Shown here: positions 22,254 through 31,661 of the stretch, one piece after another
Layout of the letters: every line of letters starts with the position of its first letter
Position numbering within the stretch: the stretch's first letter is position 1
NCBI GenBank assembly: GCA_958427895.1
Contig: CAUADW010000002.1
Coordinates: forward strand, 4,596-68,595
Reading direction: 5' to 3'
Length of the DNA: 64,000 bases
From: an uncultured Collinsella sp.
GTDB lineage: Bacteria > Actinomycetota > Coriobacteriia > Coriobacteriales > Coriobacteriaceae
The notes under the pieces: generated by a model
The model's input: the letters and a program-made list of their open reading frames with translations, nothing else
Database searches by the model: none
Told to the model about the DNA's origin: nothing
Program-made: the position numbers and the translations under genes

Positions 22254-23714
22254 CTAGTAGCCCTGGCCGTAGCCCTGACCCTGGCCCTGCTGGCCTAACA
22301 GCTCCTCCAGGTACTGGCGCAGCTGCTCGTCGGTAATACCGCCGTTGCCGGTGTCGGTCGAACTGTCGTCCTGCTGCTGGTTCTGCAGTTCCTCATCGGA
22401 GCCCAGCTCAACCGTGACCTTCTTCTCTTCCTTGCCGCGCATAAGCGTGATCTCGACCTTCTCGCCCACCTCGTGGCTGCGCAGCGCGATGATCAGGCCA
22501 TCGGCGCTCGTGATCTCGTCGTCGCCCAGCTTGGTGATAACGTCACCCTCCTGAATGCCGGCCTTGGCAGCAGGACCATCCTCAACGACGCTCGCCACAT
22601 ACGCGCCGCTATCGGTGCTCAGCTTGTTGGTGCGGGCGTTGAGCGCGTTGACGCTCGAAAGCGTAGCGCCCATGTACGGATGCACCGGCGTCTTGCCGTC
22701 GATAATCTGGTCGGCAATGTTCTTGGCATAGTTGACCGGAATGGCAAAGCCCACGCCCGAGCTGGAGCCCGAATAGCTCTCGATGAGCGAGTTGATGCCC
22801 ACGAGCTCGCCGTTGTCATTGACGAGCGCGCCGCCGGAGTTGCCCGGGTTGATGGCGGCATCGGTCTGGATCATGTTGGCGTAGATAGTGTTGCCGCTGG
22901 TAGAGCTCATGGCCGTGGAGCGGTAGAGCGCCGAGACGATACCGGTGGAGACAGACTGCTCGTTGCCAAACGGCGAACCGATCGCCATGACCCACTCGCC
23001 CACGTTGAGCTTGGAGGAATCACCGATCTCGATCGGCGTGAGCTTGGAGGCGTCGGCGTCCTTGAGCTTGATGACGGCCAGGTCGCTCGAGGCATCGTTG
23101 CCCACGAACTCGGCCTCGTACGTGGTTCCGTCGTCCATGGTAACCACGTACTGGTCGTAGCCGTCGACCACGTGGTTGTTGGTGAGGATGTGGCCCTCGG
23201 TATCGAGCACTACGCCCGAACCGACGCTGCCCGAGCTATCCGACTCATCAGCAGACTGCGAAAGCGAGCCATTCTGGCTGCCGCTCGAAGTGGCGGTGAT
23301 GGAAACGACGGAGGGCAGGGCCTTGGCAGAAACGGCCTCGGCCAACGTGGTGTCCTCGGAATCAATCGTAATCTTTTGCGTCGATGAGCCCGAAGCACCC
23401 GCCGTCACGGCATTCTTGCCGCCACCGATATCGAGCGTGCCGCTCATAATGAGCGCAATGACCAGCAGGGCACCGCATGCACAGCCGGCGAGTGCCGTAA
23501 TAAAGATCGGCAGCTTTTTGGTCTTGGTCTTGACCACCGTGTGCTTGTTTACAACCTGCTGGCCACCCAGCGGCTTGCCGGTCTGCGTGTCATAGGCCTG
23601 CACGTAGGGAATGTTACTGCCGGCAGGCGTCGACTCAACCTGTACGCGCGGTTGCTGCTGAGTCTCGCCGACGTGGCCCACATCCTGGGGACGCTGGGAA
23701 TCGTTCTCGCTCAT
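22254..23714 (-). CDS. htrA: HtrA/DegP-like serine protease with PDZ domain
   Basis: TNNHVV, DLAV, QTDAAINPGNSGG, PDZ domain; N-terminal TM. Confidence 0.93.
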   Translation of the reverse strand: MSENDSQRPQDVGHVGETQQQPRVQVESTPAGSNIPYVQAYDTQTGKPLGGQQVVNKHTVVKTKTKKLPIFITALAGCACGALLVIALIMSGTLDIGGGKNAVTAGASGSSTQKITIDSEDTTLAEAVSAKALPSVVSITATSSGSQNGSLSQSADESDSSGSVGSGVVLDTEGHILTNNHVVDGYDQYVVTMDDGTTYEAEFVGNDASSDLAVIKLKDADASKLTPIEIGDSSKLNVGEWVMAIGSPFGNEQSVSTGIVSALYRSTAMSSTSGNTIYANMIQTDAAINPGNSGGALVNDNGELVGINSLIESYSGSSSGVGFAIPVNYAKNIADQIIDGKTPVHPYMGATLSSVNALNARTNKLSTDSGAYVASVVEDGPAAKAGIQEGDVITKLGDDEITSADGLIIALRSHEVGEKVEITLMRGKEEKKVTVELGSDEELQNQQQDDSSTDTGNGGITDEQLRQYLEELLGQQGQGQGYGQGY

Positions 23715-23884
23715 GGCTGCGATCCTTTCGTCAAATAACCAAAGGCCCGCCAAACATGTGGCGGGCCATCATTGTTCACGTTGAGTTGTACCCCAATATG
23801 CGGGCGAACGTGTATGAGAACGCAATCTTTTAGGAAGGCTTAAGTTCTGTTGCAGGCCCGAAAGGACCCGGCCTACGGCAAAAC

Positions 23885-23915
23885 CACCACAAAGGTGCCT
23901 GTCCCCTTTGTGGTG
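23885..23915. repeat. REP-like palindrome, family A
   Basis: CACCACAAAGGTGCCTGTCCCCTTTGTGGTG. Confidence 0.75.
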
Positions 23916-23920
23916 AAAAG

Positions 23921-24583
23921 CTAGTCCTTAAACAGATAGCCAACGCCGCGGACGGTGGTGATGTGCGCCGCGATCTGCGGGCCCACCTTGGAGCGGATGC
24001 GTCGAATGTGCACGTCGACGGTGCGCGTGCCGCCACAGTACTCAAAGCCCCACACGCGGTGCAGCAGCACCTCGCGGCTGTAGGCGCGGTTGGGGTGCGT
24101 CGCCAAAAAGCTCAGCAGCGAGTACTCCATCAGCGTCAGGTCGATAGGCTCGTTATCGAGTGTCACCTGGTAGGTGGCCAGGTTAATCTCGAGGTTATCG
24201 ATGTTGAGCACATCGTCGGCGGTGACGGTCTCCTCCTCGCCCATCAGGCGCTGCGCGCGAGCCTTGAGCTCGTTGGGTGTCGCCGTGGGGCATACAAAGT
24301 CGGCATGCGCGTGATTGGGCAGGCGCAGGGTGCCGAGCGCCTCATCGTCGACGATCACCAACATGGGGACGCCGCCGCGATCGTCAAGCCACTTGGCAAT
24401 CTGATCGATGCGGTCGCTGCGGATGCCGTCGGAATCGAGGATCAGCAGGTCAAAGTCGTGCGCCGCAGTCGGCGAATCGGGGGTTGCCAGGCTCACCTCG
24501 ACACCCAGGGTGGTCGTCAAGCTGCGGGCAAACTCGTGGAAGCGCGTCGTGCGCGCCATGAACAGGGCACTCTTTTCGGACAT
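23921..24583 (-). CDS. OmpR-family winged-helix regulator with atypical receiver domain (GlnR-like)
   Basis: LTLMEYSLL, REVLLHRVWG, GGTRTVDVHIRRIRSK, TVRGVGY; the receiver lacks the acidic pair and the KP motif. Confidence 0.8.
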   Translation of the reverse strand: MSEKSALFMARTTRFHEFARSLTTTLGVEVSLATPDSPTAAHDFDLLILDSDGIRSDRIDQIAKWLDDRGGVPMLVIVDDEALGTLRLPNHAHADFVCPTATPNELKARAQRLMGEEETVTADDVLNIDNLEINLATYQVTLDNEPIDLTLMEYSLLSFLATHPNRAYSREVLLHRVWGFEYCGGTRTVDVHIRRIRSKVGPQIAAHITTVRGVGYLFKD

Positions 24584-24633
24584 ATCGGCCTCCAAAGAAA
24601 TGAGCTCAATCGTACTGGAACAAGCCAGCGCGA

Positions 24634-25971
24634 TTAGGAGTTCGCCAGGTAGTGCTTGATCTCCCACTCGGTGATCGTAGACTCAAACTTATGCCACTCG
24701 TCGCGCTTCTTTTTAAGGAAGAAGCTGTGGATGTGCTCGCCGAGGGCATCCTTCATAAACTGCGAGTCCTCAAACACGTCGAGTGCCTCTTTGAGCGAAC
24801 GCGGCAGCGGCGTGTAGCCGGCCTCGACCATCTGACGGTCGGTGAGCTTGAGCGTCTCGGCCGTGGCCTCGGGCGGAAGCTCCAGCTTGCGCTCGATGCC
24901 GTCCAGACCAGCCGCCAGCGTGACGGCGTTGACCAGGTACGGGTTGGCCATGGGATCGGGACTGCGCAGCTCGATGCGCGTGGACAGCTGCTTGCCGGGC
25001 TTGTAGACCGGGATGCGGACCATGCTCGCGCGGTTGCGCAGGCCCCACGTGGCGTACTGCGGCACGGAATCGCCGCCCGTGGTGATGCGCTTGTACGAGT
25101 TGACCGTGGGGTTGGTGATGGCGCTGATCTCGCGGGCATGCGCCAGGATGCCGGCCATGTAGTGCTTGGCGATATCGGAGAGATGGTACTTCTCGTCGTC
25201 CTCGCCCCAAAAGACGTTGTTGCCGTCGTGGTCGAATAGCGACTGGCACAGGAACATAGCACTGCCGTCCTCGCCTGCCAACGGCTTGGGCATAAAGGAG
25301 GCGTGGCAACCGCTCTCGTAGGCCTGCTGCTTAATGATGAGCTTGGCCGTGGTGATGGCATCGGACATGCTCAGGGCCTCGGCGTGGCGCAGGCTCATGC
25401 CGTGCTGCGAGCGGCCGGCAGCGTGGAAGGTGTACTCCACGGGCACGGACATCTTCTCGAGCGTGAGAACCGTGTTGCGGCGCAGGTCGCGAGCGGCATC
25501 GCTCACCGAAAGATCGAAGTAGCCCACGTTGTCGAGCGGCTCGGGGGTGTGCTCGTCGGGGAAGTAATAGTACTCCAGCTCGGCGCCCACGTTGAGCAGG
25601 TAGCCAGCCTTCTCGGCCTTGCGGAACATGCGGCGCAGGGCATCGCGCGGGTCGCCGGCGAAGGGCTTGCGGTCGGGGGTGCACACGTCGCAGAACACGC
25701 GGGCGACGCCGTTGTGGCTCGGGCGCCACGGCAGAATCTGGAAGGTCGAAGCATCGGGAAATGCCAGCATGTCGGCTTCCTCGGGCGTGGCAAAGCCCTC
25801 GATGGCGGAGCCGTCGAAGCCAATACCCTCCTCAAAAGCGACCTCGAGGTCCTCGGGGCTAATGGCAAAGTTCTTGAGGCGGCCGAGAATGTCGACAAAC
25901 CACAGACGCACAAAGCGGATGTCACGCTGCTCTACGGAGCGGAGTACGTAATCGATGTTCTGCTGGTTCAT
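24634..25971 (-). CDS. Glutamine synthetase type I family protein, probably catalytically degenerate
   Basis: FDGSAIEGF, FMPKP, NPTVNSYKR and RIELRSPD are present, but several active-site residues are substituted (see findings). Confidence 0.85.
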   Translation of the reverse strand: MNQQNIDYVLRSVEQRDIRFVRLWFVDILGRLKNFAISPEDLEVAFEEGIGFDGSAIEGFATPEEADMLAFPDASTFQILPWRPSHNGVARVFCDVCTPDRKPFAGDPRDALRRMFRKAEKAGYLLNVGAELEYYYFPDEHTPEPLDNVGYFDLSVSDAARDLRRNTVLTLEKMSVPVEYTFHAAGRSQHGMSLRHAEALSMSDAITTAKLIIKQQAYESGCHASFMPKPLAGEDGSAMFLCQSLFDHDGNNVFWGEDDEKYHLSDIAKHYMAGILAHAREISAITNPTVNSYKRITTGGDSVPQYATWGLRNRASMVRIPVYKPGKQLSTRIELRSPDPMANPYLVNAVTLAAGLDGIERKLELPPEATAETLKLTDRQMVEAGYTPLPRSLKEALDVFEDSQFMKDALGEHIHSFFLKKKRDEWHKFESTITEWEIKHYLANS

Positions 25972-26105
25972 GTCGCTCCCCTTTCTTTCGGGCGGGTTTC
26001 GACTGGTCTATATCGCAGATACTATCGCAGAAAAATGTTTCCGCAGGGTTAAAGCGTATCAAGCGCTCAAAAAACGTGCGCGAACAGGCCGTTGCGAACG
26101 AGCGG

Positions 26106-27128
26106 TTAGCGCGAGGTTGATGCGCGGTGTTCGATGTGGCCGGGGATCTCGATGCGTTTGGGCGCCAGCTTTGCGGCCTCGCCCACGGTGGTGGTAACGA
26201 CGTCGATGCGCTCGGAAAGGCGCTCGACTACGCGCTCGGCAATGGTGAGGGTGTCCTGCGCGGCCGTGGTGACGCCGCCAAAGAGCACATGGTTCCAGGG
26301 GTAGTCGTCAAACGTCGCGATCTTGAGCCCCGCCGGCAGCGAGGGACCAAGCTGCGCCAGCGCCTCGGTCAGACGCAGGAAAACCAGGCCGTTGACGGCG
26401 ATAAGGCCGAGCCTTTTGCCCGCGTAGTCGCGGATGGTCTTGTCCAAACGGCCAACGCCCGTGGCGCCACCGTCGGCCAGGGTGACGACCTCGCCCGCAA
26501 GGCCGCGGCGCGAAAGCTCGTCGGCAAAGGCCTCGGCGCGCTCTCGACGCACGGGGCTATCGTCGCTTGCCTCGGTGAGCAGGCACAGACGCTCGCTGCC
26601 CGCAGCTGCCAAGGCGTCTACCAAGCCGGCGACCAGCTCACGGTTGTTAGATGTCACCAGGTCAACACCGCCGTCGGCAACGTCGCGGTCGAGCAGCACG
26701 ACGGGCAGACGTCCCGCTGCCGCGGCGATCGCCTCGTCATTGCCTCCGCAGGTGTTGACGACCAGGCCGTCCACGCCGGCATCGATAAGTCTGGTGAGCG
26801 ACTCCGCTTCCTTAGCGGGGTCGTTGCCGCTAATGGCCGTCATGAGCGAGCAGCCGCGCGCCGCGGCGCTGGCGGAAAGGCCCTCGAGCATGGCGCTCGA
26901 GAACGGGTTGGCGATGTCAGCCAGAATCACACCGATGAGGTTCGTACGCGAGCTGCGCAGATTGCGCGCGGCGGCACGTGGGCGATAGCCGGTGCGCTCG
27001 ATAACCGCCGCGATGCGAGCACGGGTTTCCTCGGTCATTTGCCCGGGGCGGTTGTTGAGATAGCGCGAGACCGTGGCCGGGCTCACGCCCGCCTCGGCGG
27101 CAATGTCCTTGATTCTCATCTGCGCCAT
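26106..27128 (-). CDS. LacI family regulator (KdgR/RegR-like), divergent from kdgK
   Basis: IKDIAAEAGVSPATVSRYLN HTH plus a sugar-binding domain. Confidence 0.92.
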   Translation of the reverse strand: MAQMRIKDIAAEAGVSPATVSRYLNNRPGQMTEETRARIAAVIERTGYRPRAAARNLRSSRTNLIGVILADIANPFSSAMLEGLSASAAARGCSLMTAISGNDPAKEAESLTRLIDAGVDGLVVNTCGGNDEAIAAAAGRLPVVLLDRDVADGGVDLVTSNNRELVAGLVDALAAAGSERLCLLTEASDDSPVRRERAEAFADELSRRGLAGEVVTLADGGATGVGRLDKTIRDYAGKRLGLIAVNGLVFLRLTEALAQLGPSLPAGLKIATFDDYPWNHVLFGGVTTAAQDTLTIAERVVERLSERIDVVTTTVGEAAKLAPKRIEIPGHIEHRASTSR

Positions 27129-27214
27129 AACGCACCCCGTTTCCCAATTGTCGGCGGTCTGAGCCATTTTAGGCATTTTTTTAAAAATCTCGGTTGCAAA
27201 ACGCTGTAGGTGAG

Positions 27215-27258
27215 TATACTACAACTCGAAACGAAACCGATTTCGTAAACCGATTTCG
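27215..27258 (+). promoter_or_regulatory. -10 box (TATACT) plus tandem LacI-type operators
   Basis: ACGAAACCGATTTCGT and GTAAACCGATTTCG; the same operator recurs at 30611-30628. Confidence 0.7.
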
Positions 27259-27362
27259 GCGAGCGTTGGCACGCAGGTGCAAAGACGCACCCTACCGTCT
27301 TGGCACCTGCGTGCCAACGCCATATCAAAGGTGTACGCACGAGTAAAAGGAGCTGCGCGACC

Positions 27363-28397
27363 ATGGGTAAAACGGTTCTTACCTTCGGCGAGATCATGAT
27401 GAGACTCTCACCCAAAGACCACCTGCGTATTGAGCAGGCAACCGAGTTTGACGTCCGCTACGGCGGCGCCGAGGCCAACACTGCGCTTTCCCTGGCCTAC
27501 CAGGGCGACAAGGCCGCTTACGTCTCCGTTGTCCCGGCCAACCGTCTGGGCGAGTGCGCCCTGCGTTCGCTGAAGGCCTACGACGTCGACACCACGCGCG
27601 TCGTGCGTCAGGGCGACCGCCTTGGCTCCTATGTGTTTGAGGTCGGTGCCTCGCAGCGCGGCAACGGTTGCGTCTACGACCGCAAGTACTCTGCCATCAA
27701 CATGGCCAAGCGCGACGTCTTTGACTGGGACGAGATCCTCAAGGGCATCGATGTCTTCTATTTCTCCGGCGTGACCCCCGCCGTCTCCGATGAGATGGCC
27801 GCCGCCTGCAAGGATGCGCTCGCCGCCTGCCGCGCCAAGGGCATCACCACCGTGTGTGACGTGAACTATCGCGGCAAGATGTGGTCGCCCGAGAAGTCGC
27901 AGGCCACCATGAGGGAACTCCTGCCGCTCGTCGACATCTGCATCGCCAACGACGAGGATGCGCCTGCTGGCCTCGGTATGACCTGCGTCTCTGGCTCCCT
28001 TGCCCACGGCATCGAGGAGCGCGACACCTATGTCGAGATGGCCCGTCAGATCTGCGCCGAGTACGGCTGCAAGAAGGTCGCCTCGGTCGTCCGCAACATC
28101 TCCTGCGTCGAGCGCTCCATCTGGATGGGCATGCTCTTTGAGGCCGAGAGCGGCGAGCACTGGTTCTCCCCTGCTCACGACGTGCACGTACTCGAGGGCG
28201 TTGCCGCCGGCGACGCTTTCAACGCCGGCCTCGTCCATGCCCTCATCAACGACTTTGACCCGCAGGACGCTGTCAACTACGCGATTGCAGCCTCGATCCT
28301 CAAGCTCACTATCAAGGGCGATTCCAACTTGGTGACCGCAGACGAGATCGCAGCCGCGGCATCCGCCGCCGACGGTGGCACCCGCGTCGCCCGTTAA
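27363..28397 (+). CDS. kdgK: 2-dehydro-3-deoxygluconokinase (PfkB family)
   Basis: FGEIMMRLSP, GGAEAN, YDRKYSA, DVNYRGKMW, AGDAF; adjacent to eda. Confidence 0.8.
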   Translation: MGKTVLTFGEIMMRLSPKDHLRIEQATEFDVRYGGAEANTALSLAYQGDKAAYVSVVPANRLGECALRSLKAYDVDTTRVVRQGDRLGSYVFEVGASQRGNGCVYDRKYSAINMAKRDVFDWDEILKGIDVFYFSGVTPAVSDEMAAACKDALAACRAKGITTVCDVNYRGKMWSPEKSQATMRELLPLVDICIANDEDAPAGLGMTCVSGSLAHGIEERDTYVEMARQICAEYGCKKVASVVRNISCVERSIWMGMLFEAESGEHWFSPAHDVHVLEGVAAGDAFNAGLVHALINDFDPQDAVNYAIAASILKLTIKGDSNLVTADEIAAAASAADGGTRVAR

Positions 28398-28651
28398 TTC
28401 GTTCCCCATTCCGCGGGCCGCAGCTTTCCAATCCCATACCCCTGCGGCCCGCTCCCCGATTCCTCCGGCCGGGCAAAACCACCAGTCCCATTCCGGTTTT
28501 GCTTGGCATTCCCTACATGACTGGTCGAGCAGCCGGTTTTGGAATTGCTTGAACCCCAAGCAGTGCCTCCGATAACCAATCCAAAATCGGCTCCTGACCA
28601 GCACATTTGGCAATCACGCGCCCATGCGCGCCACACATCGAAAGGAACATC

Positions 28652-29293
28652 ATGTTCGATCAGTTCTACACCACGCTTGAGTCCCTGGGCATCGTGCCGG
28701 TCGTTGTGCTCGACAAGGTCGAGGACGCCGCTCCGCTCGCCCACGCCCTTATGGCAGCTGGCATGAAGTCCGCCGAGGTCACCTTCCGCACCGCCTGCGC
28801 CGCCGAGTGCATCGCCGCTATGGCCGAGGCCGAGCCCGAGATGTGCGTTGGCGCCGGCACTGTCCTGACCGTCGAGCAGGTTGAGCAGGCCCGCGCAGCC
28901 GGTGCCAAGTTCATCGTCTCCCCGGGTTACAACGAGGACGTCGTGAAGCACTGCATCGACATCGACCTGCCCGTCCTTCCCGGCACCGTGACCCCCTCCG
29001 AGGTCACCGCAGCCGAGAACCTGGGCCTCAAGGTCACCAAGTTCTTCCCCGCGTCCCAGTATGGCGGCCTGAACACCATCAAGGCCCTCGCCGCTCCGTT
29101 TGTCGGTCACCGCTTTATGCCTACCGGCGGCGTGAGCACCGCCAACGTCGAGGAGTACCTGAGCTCCTCCGCCATCATCGCCTGCGGTGGCACCTGGATG
29201 GTCAAGCCGGCCCTGTTTGCCGACGGCGACTTCTCCAAGGTCGAGCAGATCGCCCACGAGGCCATGGACGTCGTCAAGAAGGTCCGCGGCTAG
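28652..29293 (+). CDS. eda: KDPG/KHG aldolase
   Basis: AEVTFRT, GAGTVL, FIVSPG, KFFPA, FMPTGGV. Confidence 0.93.
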   Translation: MFDQFYTTLESLGIVPVVVLDKVEDAAPLAHALMAAGMKSAEVTFRTACAAECIAAMAEAEPEMCVGAGTVLTVEQVEQARAAGAKFIVSPGYNEDVVKHCIDIDLPVLPGTVTPSEVTAAENLGLKVTKFFPASQYGGLNTIKALAAPFVGHRFMPTGGVSTANVEEYLSSSAIIACGGTWMVKPALFADGDFSKVEQIAHEAMDVVKKVRG

Positions 29294-29349
29294 GTTTAGC
29301 TCTCTATCGTGAAAGGGGGGCGTGCCCTAAACCTCGCCCCCTTTCTTTT

Positions 29350-29579
29350 AAAGCGGCTCGGAAGCGCGCCGTTTCCGTCACGAACAAGAACCAAAACCGT
29401 CTTGTATGCTGATAGAACGTGACGGAAGCGACACGCCTCCAAGCCGCTTTGCCTACTCGGCTGGCCGTCGCGCTCAACTAAGCCACTTCGACAAAAGCCG
29501 AGCCACCAAAACAGCTGCGGTGCCGTCTGGAGGAATGGACCCTTGCTTCCGGTCTTTTCCTCCAAGCGGCGCCGCAGCT
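29350..29579. repeat. Two further long imperfect hairpins
   Basis: Arms of about 32 bp at 29351-29382 and 29418-29449; AGCTGCGGTGCCG...CGGCGCCGCAGCT at about 29513-29579. Confidence 0.7.
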
Positions 29580-29606
29580 TTTTCGTGCCCCGATGTGCCC
29601 CAACGC

Positions 29607-29673
29607 AGTTGCGGTGAAATAGGGACTGTTTGCGCCACCTAGGCCGCAAAACAGTCCCTATTTCACCGCAACT
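29607..29673. repeat. 67-bp palindrome, family C
   Basis: Perfect 25-bp arms AGTTGCGGTGAAATAGGGACTGTTT. Confidence 0.92.
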
Positions 29674-29687
29674 TATATGGGGATTGA

Positions 29688-30380
29688 TTAGATGGCCGAG
29701 TCTTTGGACAGCTCAAAATAGTCGGGATGCAAGGCGATAACCGGACCTTGCTCTTCGGGCATCAGGTGCAGGTGTGTCTCTGCCAGATAGCTCGCCGCGT
29801 CGGTATCGCCCCTCTTAATGGCCTCGAGAATCCGGCGATGCTGCCGACGAATCGGCTCCCAATCCAAATCCTGCGACACCATACGCAACCAGTTATATCG
29901 CTCAAAATGCGTGTTGATGCTCTTCATCCAATCCCACAACATGTGACGACCGGCAATCACAAAACACGTCTCATGGAACAGGTTGTCCAGGTCAAAGAAA
30001 CGACGCGTCTCGCTATGGTCGAGCGACTCGGACTCGGCAAGAATCTGCTCGAGCCGACACTTCTGCTCGGGTGTGGCGGCAGAGCAGCATTTAATGAGCA
30101 CGCTTCTCTCGAGTTTTTCGCGCAAGAAACAGGCGTTCTCGGCGCGCTCCATGCTGATTTTTGAGACATAGGTGCCGCTTTTGGGACGCGTTTCCACCAG
30201 CTCCTGCTCACGCAGGCGCACAAAGGACTCGCGAATGGGCGTGCGCCCGATTCCCGTCTCCTTTTCCAGACCAATCGCCGAAAGACGCGTGCCGGGCCTG
30301 AGCTCGGCATAGATGATCTTGGAGCGCAATGCGTTGTACGCCTGGTCTTGCAGGCTCTGATAATGCTGGTGCTGTTCCAT
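29688..30380 (-). CDS. GntR family regulator (FCD domain)
   Basis: QAYNALRSKI...PGTRL...GRTPIRE...PKSGT; D..FH and H..I motifs. Confidence 0.92.
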   Translation of the reverse strand: MEQHQHYQSLQDQAYNALRSKIIYAELRPGTRLSAIGLEKETGIGRTPIRESFVRLREQELVETRPKSGTYVSKISMERAENACFLREKLERSVLIKCCSAATPEQKCRLEQILAESESLDHSETRRFFDLDNLFHETCFVIAGRHMLWDWMKSINTHFERYNWLRMVSQDLDWEPIRRQHRRILEAIKRGDTDAASYLAETHLHLMPEEQGPVIALHPDYFELSKDSAI

Positions 30381-30452
30381 AAAGCCCTCGGATAAGTCCT
30401 CGGTTAGTCGAATACCACCATGCAATACTATCGCATCCCCCGCCCCCTCATA

Positions 30453-30519
30453 AGTTGCGGTGGAATAGTTCCTGTTCAAGGCCTTCAGCAGCAAAAACAG
30501 GAACTATTCCACCGCAACT
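30453..30519. repeat. 67-bp palindrome, family C
   Basis: Perfect 24-bp arms AGTTGCGGTGGAATAGTTCCTGTT. Confidence 0.92.
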
Positions 30520-30595
30520 ACAGCCAACGAGTTGTTGCGATTAGGTGAACGTTCACCTTTTTATTGTTTTTCTCTTCGCAAATAAAATCCCGTGC

Positions 30596-30628
30596 GTATA
30601 CTTAGGCTCAAACGAAACCGATTTCGTT
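30596..30628 (+). promoter_or_regulatory. -10 box plus LacI-type operator paralogous to the kdgK promoter
   Basis: GTATACT then AACGAAACCGATTTCGTT. Confidence 0.65.
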
Positions 30629-30867
30629 GAGCGTGGGCAATAGGATGCTAAGACACACCCTACCATCTTGGCATCTTATCGCCCACGCAATGCCATTTGC
30701 TTTCTTCCCGTCTCGTTGGACCTTTAGTCCCATTCCGGCACAGCGAGACACTTCCTAGACGACTGACCGTGGGGCCGGCTTTTCTGCTTTTGCAGCAGTG
30801 CCTCCGATAACCCTCTTTTGCCGGCCCGGGTCAGCTTTTTCACACAACCGAAAGGACGGGTAGCAAC

Positions 30868-31548
30868 ATGCGACCGCTCATCATCATGCATGGCGAGAAC
30901 ATCGACTGGTGCCATACCGTCATCAGAATGCTGATGTATCTTGTGGGCGTTGCAGTACTGGCACTCGGTATGAGTCTCCAGACGGCATCCGGCCTGGGCG
31001 TCGCCGCGCTCACGTGCTTTGCCACAACCCTATCCATGCTCACTGGCAAGACGCTCGGCTTTTGGATCACCGCAACCTACGTCGCCTACATCGTGGCGCA
31101 ATTAGCCATCTTGCGAAGCGAGTTCCAGCCGCGCATCCTGCTCGAGTTGTTCTTCTCAACGCTGATTGGCGGCTTGACCGACCTCTTCATGGCGGTCAAC
31201 CCACTGCATCCCACGGCACTCCCCACACAGATTGCGACCATGCTGCTCTCCCTCGCTGTCACCGCATTTGGCGTAAGTCTCGTCGTCAACATGGGCGTTG
31301 TCCCCAACGCGCCCGACGGCTTGGTGCAAGTCATTGCCGAAAAGCTTAAACGCCGCTTTGGTGACGTAAAAGTCGTGTTTGACTGCTCACATGTCGCCGC
31401 CTCGCTCGCGTTGTCGCTGATCTTTATGTACAACCTGGGCGGCTTTGGCGTCACGACCGCCATCTCGGCACTGTTCCTGGGCCATGTCATCAACGTCGCC
31501 AACAAGCTGTTCGCCCAGCGCTTTATCCGCGCGGCATTCGGAAAATAG
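30868..31548 (+). CDS. YczE/YyaS/YitT-like membrane protein
   Basis: SGLGV, APDGL, K..FD and G..T.I motifs; multiple TM segments. Confidence 0.75.
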   Translation: MRPLIIMHGENIDWCHTVIRMLMYLVGVAVLALGMSLQTASGLGVAALTCFATTLSMLTGKTLGFWITATYVAYIVAQLAILRSEFQPRILLELFFSTLIGGLTDLFMAVNPLHPTALPTQIATMLLSLAVTAFGVSLVVNMGVVPNAPDGLVQVIAEKLKRRFGDVKVVFDCSHVAASLALSLIFMYNLGGFGVTTAISALFLGHVINVANKLFAQRFIRAAFGK

Positions 31549-31570
31549 CACCACCGTAAGAACCCGCGAA

Positions 31571-31645
31571 CAGCGCTATACGTTGCTATATCTCACTATA
31601 CTTTGCTATATCTTGCTATACTTTGCTATATCTTGCTATATCTTG
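31571..31645 (+). repeat. Seven tandem 10-mers (consensus YYTTGCTATA)
   Basis: cagcgctata cgttgctata tctcactata ctttgctata tcttgctata ctttgctata tcttgctata tcttg. Confidence 0.92.
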
Positions 31646-31661
31646 AGCAAAGGTGGCTCAC

